Shown here: positions 53,973-63,754 of the stretch, one piece after another
Layout: the number at the start of each line of letters is the position of its first letter
Position numbering within the stretch: position 1 is the first letter of the stretch
Virus record (IMG/VR): IMGVR_UViG_3300020170_000001
Coordinates: 1-64,000 of that record
Length of the DNA stretch: 64,000 nt
Source: a virus
Reading direction: 5' to 3' (one strand)
Position numbers and translations under genes: made by a program
The notes under the pieces: model-generated
Seen by the model: the letters and a program-made list of their open reading frames with translations, nothing else
The model's database searches: none
Told to the model about the DNA's origin: nothing

Positions 53973-56900
53973 TCAGCGCCGGTGCCGGATGTTGGCGATC
54001 TGGACCTGGCGGCGCAGGGAGAATTCGGCGGCCTCCCGGACCGGGTTGTGGATCGTCACATCGCCCATGAGCGGAGCGTGGTTGACGGTGTGATTGACGA
54101 TCGTCGGAACTGCCCCGGTCAGCGCGCTGACGTTGGGCGGGACGATCGACATCACCGGCGGTGCCGTTGCCGCGGACAGGCCCCGGTAGAAAATGGCGGG
54201 GTCGATGCGGCCCTCGTTGTAATCGCTGAGGAACTGCTTGCCGTAGGGCTGGACCACCTTGGAGCGCCGAACGACGAATTCCTCAGGCGTGGCCATCACC
54301 CGGGCGGTGTCCTCGATGCCCTGGTAGATGCCGGTGACCAGGCCGCCGGACATCTTGCCCTGGTAACCCTCCTGGGTGTCCGCGCTTGCCCGGTCGAACA
54401 GACCCTTCGCCCAGTTCCACAGGTCTTTCGCCCCGGTGAACAGGTCCGAGATGTGGATATGGGCTTTCAGCCCTTGGAAGAACCCGGTGATGGGCTTGAC
54501 GATGTGGTTGTAGAGCATGCCGGGCAGCGACGCGATGGCGTTCGGCAGGGTCTTGGTGAAGAAGTTCGGCAGTGTCTGGGTGAAGAAGTTGGTGATCGGG
54601 TCGATCACGTGGGTCTTGAACCAATGTGGGGCAGCGGCGAACCACTTCGGAATGGTGTCGGTGAAGAACTTCGGCACAGATTCGAAGATGAACCTGTGCA
54701 GCGGGGACACGATGTGCTGCTGGAACCAGTGCCAGCCGGTTTCGAACCAGTGCGGGATGGTCTTGGTGAAGAAGCCGGGGATCCCCCGCACGAACGCGAC
54801 GAAGGGGTTCCAGAGAGTGCGGACGATCCAACTCCACGCAGCGGCGGCGTTATGCGGAATTGTCTGCGTGAAGAAGATGGAGATGGTCCGGGGCAGATCG
54901 ACGAGGAAGAACCGCGCCAGCCTGCCGATGGTGCGGAAGACAAAGTCGAAGGCGACCCCGGCGAAATGCGGCAAGGTCTTGGTGAAAAAGTTTCCGACAG
55001 CCTTCGGCAGATCGACAACGAAGAACCTGGCGACGCGACCGAGCAGCCGGAAGAAGAAGTCAAATGCCTTGCCGGGAAGGCTCGGCAGGGTCTTGGTGAA
55101 GAAGTCGCCGATTGAGCTGGCCATGTGCCGGGCGAAGCCGGGGACGGTCTTGGTGAAGAAGTCGCCGACGCCACCGGCAGCCGATTTCACGGAACTCAGG
55201 ATGGACTTGCCGATGTCGGTCTTCGCCACCGCAGCGGCAAGCAGTCCGACCGGCCCGGCAACCAACCCGGCCTTCGCAACCCCCGAATCGGGCTTGTCCC
55301 GGTCGCCCCCGGCGAGGAAGTTCTCGACCCCGTGAAAACCGGAACTGATCTTGCTGCCGACGAAATGGCGCAGGTTCTTGTCCCGCGCCAGGCTGTAGAC
55401 CCCGGCGATCGCACCGCCAACCACGCCGCCCACAGCGGTGCCGAGGCCGGGGATGACCGAGCCGATCGTCGCACCGATGCCTGCGCCGGTGGCGACGGCA
55501 CCGAGACCGCGGGAAAGGCTGGCCCGGTCGTCTGCGTTCTTGACAGTGCGGTTGATCAGGTAGTCGCCGCCGAGTTGGGCGGCGGTGCCCAGAACAGCGG
55601 AGACGATGCCGCCTCGGGCACCGCGCAGAAATGCGGAGCCACCCCGAGCGAGCAGGCTCTTACCGCCAGCCTCGGCGGCCGTCTCGGCGACCCCGGCGGC
55701 CGTGGTGGTCGCGGCACGCCGCCCTACGGCGACGGTGGCGGTCTTGACGGGTCGCTCGGGAAGCCCAACGGACCCCTCGTCACCGCTCGGCCACAGCTTG
55801 CTCAGGACCCGACGCAAGACACTGGGCTTGCCGGTCCCGGTTGCGGCGCTTTCCACGGCAGACTCCGCAGCGCCTTCGGCGACCGATGCCGCGACCCCCC
55901 GCCGCCAGGGGATCAGCCGCCGGAGCCGCCCAAAGCGGCTCCGAGAAGCCGTGCCGGCGACATCCTTCTCCGCAGCACTCGCGGCGTCCTTTTCCGCGCT
56001 GGCGAGCTTGTCCTTGGCCCGGTGCTTGCCGCCTTTGCCCTCGTCCTCACCGTCGGGCAGGTCGTTGCCGAGGCTTCCCGCCCCGCCGGTGTTAATGGCG
56101 ATCTGCCGCAGGTACGCCTCCATGCGCCGCAGGACGGTGACGACCGCGGTGTTGCTGTCCCCCCCGGTCAGGGCGTTGACGACGCCAGCAGCCTTGCCCG
56201 AGGCTCCGCCCGGCAGGGCGTTCTTGAGTTTGTCGACAACCCCCAGCCCTTTGAGGATTCTGAAGATGAGCGTGTCGATACGAGTCAGCGACGCGACGAG
56301 GGCTGCGCCGAAGACGAGACCAAAGGCGATGCTGAGCGCCTTGAACGCGGTGTGGAAGCCCTTGACATGTTCGGAGAGCCAGTCGATCGCGCCGACGACA
56401 TCGCTGATCCCTCCGGCGATGGTCTTGAAGACGGTGCCGATGGCTCCGAGGCCTTGGAACCCTCCGCTCTGGGCGAACGAGGCGACGGCGCGCACGATGC
56501 TGCCGATCCCGTCGGCGAGCTTGGAGATCGCGCCGGACTTCGACAAATTGTCGAAGATCGTTGCGAGGCCGGGGAGCCACTTGGTGGAGATGTTCTTGAG
56601 GAGGGCCTCGGCCTCCTTCATGTTGGAGGGGTCGCTGAACAGCCGTCCGAAGAACCGACCGGCCGCGCTCAGGAAACCGACGACCTCTTTCAACAATGGC
56701 TTGACGTTCGTCAGCCATTTCTGGAATCCGCTGTTTGGGTCGCGGGCCTGCTCGCCGAGTTTCCGGAACGTCTCGGAAATGTTGAGCAGGCCCTTGTTGA
56801 ACCAGGTGGTGAAGTCTTCCTGCCCGGCGCGTTTCGGGTCGGGGTTGAGCGCCTGGAAGAATCCGACGAGCCCGGCGGCGAAATTCTTGACGACCGGCCA

Positions 56901-59423
56901 GAGCTCGTGGATGCGCTGCTGGGTGGTGGACAGGAAGTCCGACAGCGACTTTCGGCCCTGCTCGCTGGTGGCGAACTTGTCGAAGGATGTGGCAAGCGCT
57001 TCGATACCGCCAACAACGAAGGTGGTGAACGGCCGGGCGATCTCGATCAGGGAGCGGAAGGCATTGCCGAACTTCAGCGCTGCGTCGCCGAGCGCGCTGA
57101 AGATCTTCCCGGACTCTGTGCCCTGCTCGGAGAAGAACTTCTTCCACTCGGGATTGGTGAGCAGGTCCAGGGCGTTCTGGAGAAGTTTGCCAAGGGCGAC
57201 GCTGGCGGGCTCCATGAAGGAGCGCAGCTCGTCCAGGACGTCGGCGAACTTGCCGGTCTCGGTGGAGACGGGACCGAAGATGTTCTCCGACAGTGCGGTG
57301 CGCATGTCCTTGTAGGGGCCCCTGAGCAGGCCGATGATCGCCTCGGCGACCTTGCGGGTCATGGGCGGCAGCTGGGCAAGCTCGGCCTGTAGCTGGGCCG
57401 CGGCGGAGCCGCCAGCGAGTTTCACCTGGGCGGCCTGGCTGACCGCGATGATCGACTTCTGCCACTGGACGTAGGACTGCGCGACGTTCAGCGTGGCGTC
57501 CTGGACCGCCCGTTCGGCCGCCACGACCTCGTCAGCGCCCTCGACGCCCTTCTTGAAGGCCAGCGAAGAATCCTGCAACAGCCGCTGGCCGGCGACCTTC
57601 TGATCACGCTGGTCGAACAGCGCCCCCTGCACCCGGTTACGGGCGATGGCCCGGTCCAGGACGCTGGCCGTGGGGTCGGCCAGGGCACGCCGGTAGTCCT
57701 GTTCGGAGCTGAGCACCCCGAGGGTGGCGCTCTCCTCGTCGTACTTGAGCTTCTGCAGCTGGAGCCGGTAGTCCTGGATGGTGCGGGCGGCTTGCCGGCG
57801 AGCCTGGTTCAGGTTCTGCTGGGAGCGGGGAACGTCCTGCACGGCGCGCTGGTAGGCCAGCTGGGCGGCCTTCTCGCTCAGCAGCGCTTCGGTGTAGCTC
57901 AGCGATGCCGAGCGGGCTGCCTGGGTGGTCTTGATGGCTTCGGCTTGGGCCGCGGAGAAGGCGCTGAAGACGTTGCTCAGCGGCTTCATGACGATGGCCA
58001 GCGCGCCGAAGCCGGCGACGGCTGCGCCGATGATGCCGGGCAGGGCGGCGAACGTGCCGATGAGGGCGACGAAGTTGCTGGCCAGGCCGAGTGCTGCGGC
58101 CCCGACGGCACCGAGAATGGCCGCAAGCGGCCCGAGCGCGACGATGACGGCAGCGATGAGGGTCTGCCAGGACAGGAAGTGTCGGCTGAGGTTCTGGACG
58201 CCGTTGCGCATGGCGTCGGCCATCGACAGGAAGTTGCTGACGATGTCGCCGCCGAGCCCGCCACTGCCGCTGCGCCGTGGCCGGTTGAGGTCCTCGAAGA
58301 AGGCCTTGAACCGGCCGGAAAGCGAGACCACGGCCTTTTCCGAGTCGGCGGCTTCCCGCCGGAATTTGCCGAAGAACGCAGACACGACCCGTTCCGCGCG
58401 GGAGGCGGTCTTGCCGACCTCATCGAGGCCGGCGCTGGGGCTGTCCCCGGGCCGGCGGGAGGTTCCACGGAAGAACGACACGGCGGAGGTGGTCGGGATC
58501 CGGGATGCTCCGATGAGCAGGTCGGTGCCGATGCGGCTGGCTGAGCCGATGACGCCGCGCCGATTGCGTCGGGCTTCGGCCGCTGCTGCTCTGGCGGCGC
58601 GCTCCTCTTGGCGTATTTGCGCCGCTGCCTGTTGCTCTTCGGCTTTAGCGCGACGGGCATCCTCGGAGATGGCCTGGATGTGGGCCTTCGAGATGATGTC
58701 TTCGGGACCGTTGACCTGCCTGAAATGAGCAGTCGTTCCCGCCTTTACTGCTCGCGCATCGGCGGCGGCCTGTGCCTTCGCGTCGCGCTCTGCAGCTTTG
58801 ACCGCGCGGGCCTCAGCGGCAGCGGCAATTTTTGCCTGCTGGTCGGCGACGTCCTTATCAAGCCGCAATTGCTTTGCCGCCCGGACACCTTTATCCGCGG
58901 CGGCTTTCGCTTCCTGAGCAGCGGCTCGTTCGCTGGCCCTCGCCTGCTGGTCGGCACGCTTCTGCGTGGCCCGTGCTTCCTGTTCCGCGGCACGGGAGCG
59001 GCGCTCTTGAACCTCGGCCGCACGCTGCTCGATGACGCTGGTCTGAGCGGCTGTCTTGGCGGCCTCGCTTTGGAGCTTGGCAGCGGTTGCCTCGGCGACC
59101 GTGCGCGCGTTGACGGCCTTGGTCTCGTCCTTAACCGCGGCGGTACGGCTCTTCTGCTCCTCCGCTGCGGCTCGGCCGCCGGCCTGTCCGGCCCGTTGCG
59201 CGGCCTCGTGCGTCTTGCGGTTCTCGTCGAGCGCCTTGTTCTGCTCGCGGAGGGCGTTGCTGACCTTCTCGGCGTCTTTTGAACGTTCCTTGTTGGACTG
59301 CTTCTCGGCGTCCTGGAGGGCCCGTAGCTTCGCCCGGGCGGCGGCCATCTCCTCGGCAAGACCGGCCTGGTCGACGACGATGCGGAGAATGACGTGGCGT
59401 ACGACATCGTTGAGATCCGGCAT
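53973..59423 (-). CDS. tape measure protein
   Basis: 1816 aa, Ala-rich coiled coils, FFTKTLP repeats. Confidence 0.95.
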   Translation of the reverse strand: MPDLNDVVRHVILRIVVDQAGLAEEMAAARAKLRALQDAEKQSNKERSKDAEKVSNALREQNKALDENRKTHEAAQRAGQAGGRAAAEEQKSRTAAVKDETKAVNARTVAEATAAKLQSEAAKTAAQTSVIEQRAAEVQERRSRAAEQEARATQKRADQQARASERAAAQEAKAAADKGVRAAKQLRLDKDVADQQAKIAAAAEARAVKAAERDAKAQAAADARAVKAGTTAHFRQVNGPEDIISKAHIQAISEDARRAKAEEQQAAAQIRQEERAARAAAAEARRNRRGVIGSASRIGTDLLIGASRIPTTSAVSFFRGTSRRPGDSPSAGLDEVGKTASRAERVVSAFFGKFRREAADSEKAVVSLSGRFKAFFEDLNRPRRSGSGGLGGDIVSNFLSMADAMRNGVQNLSRHFLSWQTLIAAVIVALGPLAAILGAVGAAALGLASNFVALIGTFAALPGIIGAAVAGFGALAIVMKPLSNVFSAFSAAQAEAIKTTQAARSASLSYTEALLSEKAAQLAYQRAVQDVPRSQQNLNQARRQAARTIQDYRLQLQKLKYDEESATLGVLSSEQDYRRALADPTASVLDRAIARNRVQGALFDQRDQKVAGQRLLQDSSLAFKKGVEGADEVVAAERAVQDATLNVAQSYVQWQKSIIAVSQAAQVKLAGGSAAAQLQAELAQLPPMTRKVAEAIIGLLRGPYKDMRTALSENIFGPVSTETGKFADVLDELRSFMEPASVALGKLLQNALDLLTNPEWKKFFSEQGTESGKIFSALGDAALKFGNAFRSLIEIARPFTTFVVGGIEALATSFDKFATSEQGRKSLSDFLSTTQQRIHELWPVVKNFAAGLVGFFQALNPDPKRAGQEDFTTWFNKGLLNISETFRKLGEQARDPNSGFQKWLTNVKPLLKEVVGFLSAAGRFFGRLFSDPSNMKEAEALLKNISTKWLPGLATIFDNLSKSGAISKLADGIGSIVRAVASFAQSGGFQGLGAIGTVFKTIAGGISDVVGAIDWLSEHVKGFHTAFKALSIAFGLVFGAALVASLTRIDTLIFRILKGLGVVDKLKNALPGGASGKAAGVVNALTGGDSNTAVVTVLRRMEAYLRQIAINTGGAGSLGNDLPDGEDEGKGGKHRAKDKLASAEKDAASAAEKDVAGTASRSRFGRLRRLIPWRRGVAASVAEGAAESAVESAATGTGKPSVLRRVLSKLWPSGDEGSVGLPERPVKTATVAVGRRAATTTAAGVAETAAEAGGKSLLARGGSAFLRGARGGIVSAVLGTAAQLGGDYLINRTVKNADDRASLSRGLGAVATGAGIGATIGSVIPGLGTAVGGVVGGAIAGVYSLARDKNLRHFVGSKISSGFHGVENFLAGGDRDKPDSGVAKAGLVAGPVGLLAAAVAKTDIGKSILSSVKSAAGGVGDFFTKTVPGFARHMASSIGDFFTKTLPSLPGKAFDFFFRLLGRVARFFVVDLPKAVGNFFTKTLPHFAGVAFDFVFRTIGRLARFFLVDLPRTISIFFTQTIPHNAAAAWSWIVRTLWNPFVAFVRGIPGFFTKTIPHWFETGWHWFQQHIVSPLHRFIFESVPKFFTDTIPKWFAAAPHWFKTHVIDPITNFFTQTLPNFFTKTLPNAIASLPGMLYNHIVKPITGFFQGLKAHIHISDLFTGAKDLWNWAKGLFDRASADTQEGYQGKMSGGLVTGIYQGIEDTARVMATPEEFVVRRSKVVQPYGKQFLSDYNEGRIDPAIFYRGLSAATAPPVMSIVPPNVSALTGAVPTIVNHTVNHAPLMGDVTIHNPVREAAEFSLRRQVQIANIRHRR

Positions 59424-59450
59424 GTGGTACGCCCCGCCTTCCGTCCTTGC

Positions 59451-59921
59451 TTAGCGGCCCGCCCACCGGGCTGGGCTGCCGAAGGTCGACATGAACTGCT
59501 CGTAGCTGCCGACCCGTGGTTCGGTGCTGCTTGCCTTTGTCGCGGCGGTCTCGTCCTCGTCGCTGGCTGGCTCGCCGATGGATTTGGCCCATTCCAGGAG
59601 CGGATTCACGTCACCGGCCTTTTCCATGGGAACGGTGGCTGCGATGACGGTGGCCAGGGTTCGGGTTTGCCAGATCAGCCAATGCTGACGCTCCCAGCGT
59701 GCATAGTGCTGTCGTCTTCCGATAGCAGCGACGCATTGGCGGATACGACCGAGGTAGAGGTCCCCGATTTCCGGGTCCGTCCACCCGTATTCCGACGCGA
59801 TGAGGTCGAATGCCCGGGAGACCCCGCCGAGGATGTCGAGTTCGACCCCGTCGGGTTCGGGGATGTCGACGAGTCGATCTGCCCGGTCTTCTCGGCCAGC
59901 TTGAAGAGGCTGGCCAGACGT
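59451..59921 (-). CDS. -1 frameshift extension of the tail assembly chaperone (GT-type product)
   Basis: Start-less open frame from the slippery site to TAA at 59451; FDLIASEYGWTD.EI. Confidence 0.8.
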   Translation of the reverse strand, partial: TSGQPLQAGREDRADRLVDIPEPDGVELDILGGVSRAFDLIASEYGWTDPEIGDLYLGRIRQCVAAIGRRQHYARWERQHWLIWQTRTLATVIAATVPMEKAGDVNPLLEWAKSIGEPASDEDETAATKASSTEPRVGSYEQFMSTFGSPARWAGR

Positions 59922-60367
59922 TTTCCCAGGGCTTGAATGTCCGCGCTTTCGCGTTTCACGACGGCTTCAATGATCGTGATGAGATCGTCGAGGTCGGGGT
60001 TTTCCAGTTCAGCGTCCAGGCCCTCCCACAGGATGGCGTTGCGCTCGGCGTCCTGCTTGTTCAGTGCCCGACGCTCGATCAACCCGACGGGGTAACACAG
60101 CGACCGGATGAACTCGATCGTCTCGTCCTCGGCATCAGGGATGGCCAGAAGGGTGACCGACAGCAGCCGTCCCATGAATTCGTCGGTGTCCAGGCCGTCG
60201 AGATCGAGGAGTCCCGAGTCGCGCATTCCCGGAAGCGCGCCGTGGGTAACGATCCGAAGCAGTTTGAAGAACTGCCGGGCACGCAACGACTCAAGCTGGA
60301 CCCTCAGCCCGGACCGAAGCGTCACGGTCTCAGGAGTCGGATCCAGCTTGTCGAGTTCATCCGCCAT
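59675..60367 (-). CDS. tail assembly chaperone
   Basis: Between the major tail and TMP genes; contains the slippery site. Confidence 0.85.
   Translation of the reverse strand: MADELDKLDPTPETVTLRSGLRVQLESLRARQFFKLLRIVTHGALPGMRDSGLLDLDGLDTDEFMGRLLSVTLLAIPDAEDETIEFIRSLCYPVGLIERRALNKQDAERNAILWEGLDAELENPDLDDLITIIEAVVKRESADIQALGKRLASLFKLAEKTGQIDSSTSPNPTGSNSTSSAGSPGHSTSSRRNTGGRTRKSGTSTSVVSANASLLSEDDSTMHAGSVSIG
59921..59927 (-). other. programmed -1 frameshift slippery heptamer G GGA AAA
   Basis: In-frame XXXYYYZ within the chaperone gene. Confidence 0.85.
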
Positions 60368-60411
60368 TATGGCCTCCAGGGCTCCTAGCGATATTTATGA
60401 GAAAGGGCAGA

Positions 60412-60972
60412 TCAGACCGCGGGGCGGTTGATCAGACGACCAATGGCCCGGCGGCCCAGCGCAGTGCCGGTCTCGTCCTTGTCGCTCATCACGGCGCGGC
60501 CGGTGTAGTTGAGCAGCAGACCGGACTTGTAGGCCGGTCCGTCGAACGAGAACGGGCCGAACTGGACCTTGTAGAGGACGAAGTCGAGTGTGCGGATCGC
60601 GCCGTCTTTGTCCTTCGAGGGAACCCGAACGAGCATCGGCCGGACCGGCTGGTTCAGCGACGTTTCCTCCCACAGCGGCAGGGAGTAGTAGTCGTTGACG
60701 CCCGATCCGGAACTGGTGATCGACGAGCCGGCGAGCAGCGCGATCGTGTCGAACGGGATATAGCCCGACTGAATGGTCACGGTCGCGTAGTTGAACCAGA
60801 ACCAGGACGACAGAACGGCGTCGTCGCCGGTGTTGTCGTAGTTACCCGTGTCCACCGCGATCGTGCCGGTGCGCACGCCGTAGATGTCTCCGGCGGCCTC
60901 TTCCGCGCCGGTGGTGCCGTTGAGGATCGCGGCGTGGGTAAGAGAAAAGCCTTCAACAGTCGTGCTAGTCAC
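60412..60972 (-). CDS. major tail protein
   Basis: Position upstream of the chaperone and TMP; 186 aa. Confidence 0.75.
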   Translation of the reverse strand: MTSTTVEGFSLTHAAILNGTTGAEEAAGDIYGVRTGTIAVDTGNYDNTGDDAVLSSWFWFNYATVTIQSGYIPFDTIALLAGSSITSSGSGVNDYYSLPLWEETSLNQPVRPMLVRVPSKDKDGAIRTLDFVLYKVQFGPFSFDGPAYKSGLLLNYTGRAVMSDKDETGTALGRRAIGRLINRPAV

Positions 60973-61026
60973 GCTGACACACCCTTTTCACGGCGCGGAC
61001 GGGTCAACGTGTCTAATCGGACGGAC

Positions 61027-61275
61027 TTACGCGAAGGCGGTGCCACACTCCCACTCGTCTTCAACGATCGTCTGGACCAAATCGCCGACGAAGTTGAAAC
61101 GGTGATACACGCGAACGCGCTGCTGGCGGCCCCTGCTCATGCGCTTCGCACAATCACTACAGGTGAACTCGATGCTGTTCGACGTCGGAATGTACTTTCC
61201 GAATTCTTCGCCGAGCTTGAGCTTGGTGAACAATTTTTGCGGTCCGACCGGGCATCGAACTTCGACGGTGTTCAC
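61027..61275 (-). CDS. small Zn-binding protein
   Basis: EVRCP...CSDC...H. Confidence 0.65.
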   Translation of the reverse strand: MNTVEVRCPVGPQKLFTKLKLGEEFGKYIPTSNSIEFTCSDCAKRMSRGRQQRVRVYHRFNFVGDLVQTIVEDEWECGTAFA

Positions 61276-62396
61276 AACAGCATCAACTGCCGGGATTCCT
61301 GGACGCGGGCCTGAGCCACGCGGAACTTGTGCAGCACCCGTTCCCCGCTCTCGTTGAGCTCACCGACTCGTTCCATGAACCGCTCGATGGCCTTGGGCCA
61401 GGAACACATCTCGGGGATGAGCCGTGCCGCCGTGTCGGCTTTGCGGGCCGCCTCGTCGCGGCGCTGGTAGGCGTGCAGCATCAGTTGTTTGAGATGGTCC
61501 TTGCTGGCCTTGGCCCAGAAGCAGTTCGACAATGCCGGGCTCATCGGCACGAGCGTGTAATCCAGGGGGTAGCCGAGCGCGGGGCTGAGCCATTGGGCGT
61601 GCCCGCCCCAGTTGGTCGCGATGACCGTGCCGCCGGTGGACAGCATCTCTAGGGCGGGCAGGTTCTTGCCTTCTCCTTTGCTCGGTGCGATCAGCACGTG
61701 ATGGCCGTAGTAGAACTCCCGTAGAACGTCCTCGGACCACACCTCGTAGAAGATCCGTAGGCCGGGGGTGACGCCTTGCAGCTTGCTGTGCAGGCCGGGC
61801 GTGACGGTCTTGAGGTTCAGTTCGACGTCGAGCTCAGGGTGTTCCTCACGCAGCTCGCGGAAGGCGTCGATCGCGAGGAGCGGATCCTTGCGGGGGCCGA
61901 GCGCGCCAACCATGCAGAATTTGAAGGTCTTGGCGTTCCAGTCCCGCGATCGGGCAGGCCACTTCCGCGGCCAGTATCCGCCTTGGACGGTGGCGGCGTT
62001 GGTACGCACGTAGGGTGCGATCGCTCCGGTGGTCACCGCGTCGTAGCCGACGACCAGATCGAAGTCTGTGAGGCGCTTCCGCAGGCTGGATCGGCCGGGG
62101 CAGTTGTCGAGGCTCGACATTTCCCACATGCTCCAGGCGGCGGTGACGGTGCTGCTGCGGCGGGCTCCGTCGGAGATCCCGAGGTGCGGCGGGTCCCAGT
62201 GGTGGATGAGCAGGTCGAACGGCGGTTCGAGGCGTTTGGTGAACAGCTCGGCGATCTCGGCGGGCAGCGGCGTTTCGACGGCCTCGGGGTCGAGGTAGAC
62301 ATCGGCCCCGGCCTGCCGGAACGCGAGCGCGATGCCGATACCGTCCTGTCCGTAACCCGAATGCGGGCTCAGCGGCGTCTTAATCAGGACCTTCAA
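61272..62396 (-). CDS. GT-B (family 4-like) glycosyltransferase
   Basis: SGYG, PRKDP, PSKGEGKNLPALEMLSTG..VIATNWGGH (EX7E). Confidence 0.88.
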   Translation of the reverse strand: MKVLIKTPLSPHSGYGQDGIGIALAFRQAGADVYLDPEAVETPLPAEIAELFTKRLEPPFDLLIHHWDPPHLGISDGARRSSTVTAAWSMWEMSSLDNCPGRSSLRKRLTDFDLVVGYDAVTTGAIAPYVRTNAATVQGGYWPRKWPARSRDWNAKTFKFCMVGALGPRKDPLLAIDAFRELREEHPELDVELNLKTVTPGLHSKLQGVTPGLRIFYEVWSEDVLREFYYGHHVLIAPSKGEGKNLPALEMLSTGGTVIATNWGGHAQWLSPALGYPLDYTLVPMSPALSNCFWAKASKDHLKQLMLHAYQRRDEAARKADTAARLIPEMCSWPKAIERFMERVGELNESGERVLHKFRVAQARVQESRQLMLL

Positions 62397-62401
62397 CGAG
62401 A

Positions 62402-62899
62402 TCAGCCCTCAGTGATGGCGTAGATGACCTGGCAGCGGACGAGCCCGTCGCCATCCGGGACGACGTAGATGATCGGCTCAGTCAGCCGGACGCTGGTGAT
62501 CACCCTGAGCTGACCGAACATGACCTCGGGCCCGGTCGTGCGGTGCAGGAAGGTGTCGAAGACCTTGTAGACGGCGAAGGCGCGACGCAGAACTTCGCCG
62601 GGGGCGGTGACATTGTTGTTGCCGTCACGGATCGGGTCCGCCCAGATGTTGAGGGTGAGTCGGGGGAACCGCAGCGTGTTGTGCAGGTTCGGGCCGGCCC
62701 AGCCGCCGTCGTTGGTGAGCACGGCGCAGGTAGCGCTCGAACCTTCCATCTTGGCCCAGGTGCGGTATTGGAAGACGCCGGGAGTGTTCGTGCCGCCGAT
62801 GACGAAGGAGGAGACGGCCGCTAGTACCTCGGGCTGGGCGAGGAGGTAGGTGGCCGCGCCGGAGACGATGTCGTCGGCGGTGACAGGGGGCAGGGTCAC
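62402..62899 (-). CDS. putative tail terminator
   Basis: Size and position in the neck module. Confidence 0.55.
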   Translation of the reverse strand: MTLPPVTADDIVSGAATYLLAQPEVLAAVSSFVIGGTNTPGVFQYRTWAKMEGSSATCAVLTNDGGWAGPNLHNTLRFPRLTLNIWADPIRDGNNNVTAPGEVLRRAFAVYKVFDTFLHRTTGPEVMFGQLRVITSVRLTEPIIYVVPDGDGLVRCQVIYAITEG

Positions 62900-63321
62900 A
62901 GCGCACCGGCTTCGGGGTGCGGGGTGCGCCGGCCGCGGCTGATGAAGGAGGTGGCCGGGCCGAGCAGGTCTTCGTCGATGTGGTCGAGGTGGCGAAGGTA
63001 GTCGTGCGAGGGCGGACCGCCGTGTTTCGGGCTGGTGCCGAACAGCTCGGACGCCGCATAGCGGACCGGGTTGTTCACTCCCGCGGAGTCGCCGCCGACC
63101 TTGATCTCACCCTCCCAGCGACCAGGCGTGGAATCGAGCACTTCGACTCGGCTTGACGAGAGCAGGGATCCGGTCTCGATGTGAATGTCGGAGACGACTC
63201 GCTGGAATCCTTGCAGCAGGATGCGGGCGAAGTTGGTGAAGTCGTACCCGGTGAACCCTTCTTCGAGTCGACGCAATTCCATATCGGCGCATCGGATGTC
63301 CCACTCGTATTTCTCCGTCAT
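62896..63321 (-). CDS. HK97 gp10-like neck protein
   Basis: IHIETGSL.SS...YA..E.FGT. Confidence 0.6.
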   Translation of the reverse strand: MTEKYEWDIRCADMELRRLEEGFTGYDFTNFARILLQGFQRVVSDIHIETGSLLSSSRVEVLDSTPGRWEGEIKVGGDSAGVNNPVRYAASELFGTSPKHGGPPSHDYLRHLDHIDEDLLGPATSFISRGRRTPHPEAGAL

Positions 63322-63740
63322 GGTAGATCCACGGGGTCGAGCAGATTCGGCTGGAAGTTCTGCGCTACTTCGATGATCTGTACTTCCATGTGGTGAGCGA
63401 GAGAGAACCCGGCGGCGGGGTCCGGCATGGCCCGGATCTCGAAGGTGCCTTGGATCGGGCCGGAGATACACCGGAACCGGTCTCCGGAGACGATCTCGTC
63501 AGTGGGGTCGAAGAACATCACGCCAACCCGGTCGGGAGCCCGGCCGGCAACCACGGGCATCGGCTGGTCTTTGCCGGGTCGCTGATATTGCAAGTCAATG
63601 CGGCACAGCATCTCGCCCGGCACGCCAAGATACGGGTCGACAATGGTGTTGAGCTTCTGCCAGGTCTGCTGCGGAATGCCGTTGGTCATGTCGAGCTGGA
63701 GCCGCAGGACGTCAACGCGGGTGTGGTAGAGCCATCGCAC
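63318..63740 (-). CDS. putative head-to-tail stopper
   Basis: IVSGDRF...HHMEVQIIE; AAAGGAG RBS. Confidence 0.6.
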   Translation of the reverse strand: MRWLYHTRVDVLRLQLDMTNGIPQQTWQKLNTIVDPYLGVPGEMLCRIDLQYQRPGKDQPMPVVAGRAPDRVGVMFFDPTDEIVSGDRFRCISGPIQGTFEIRAMPDPAAGFSLAHHMEVQIIEVAQNFQPNLLDPVDLP

Positions 63741-63754
63741 GGCCGGTGCTCCTT

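Noticed and set aside
54500-55200. Repeated TTGGTGAAGAA units as a CRISPR or DNA repeat array
   Set aside because: They encode the FFTKTLP repeats of the tape measure protein; there are no unique spacers or cas genes.
55125-57392. 755-aa and 576-aa + strand ORFs
   Set aside because: Antisense shadows of the tape measure gene.
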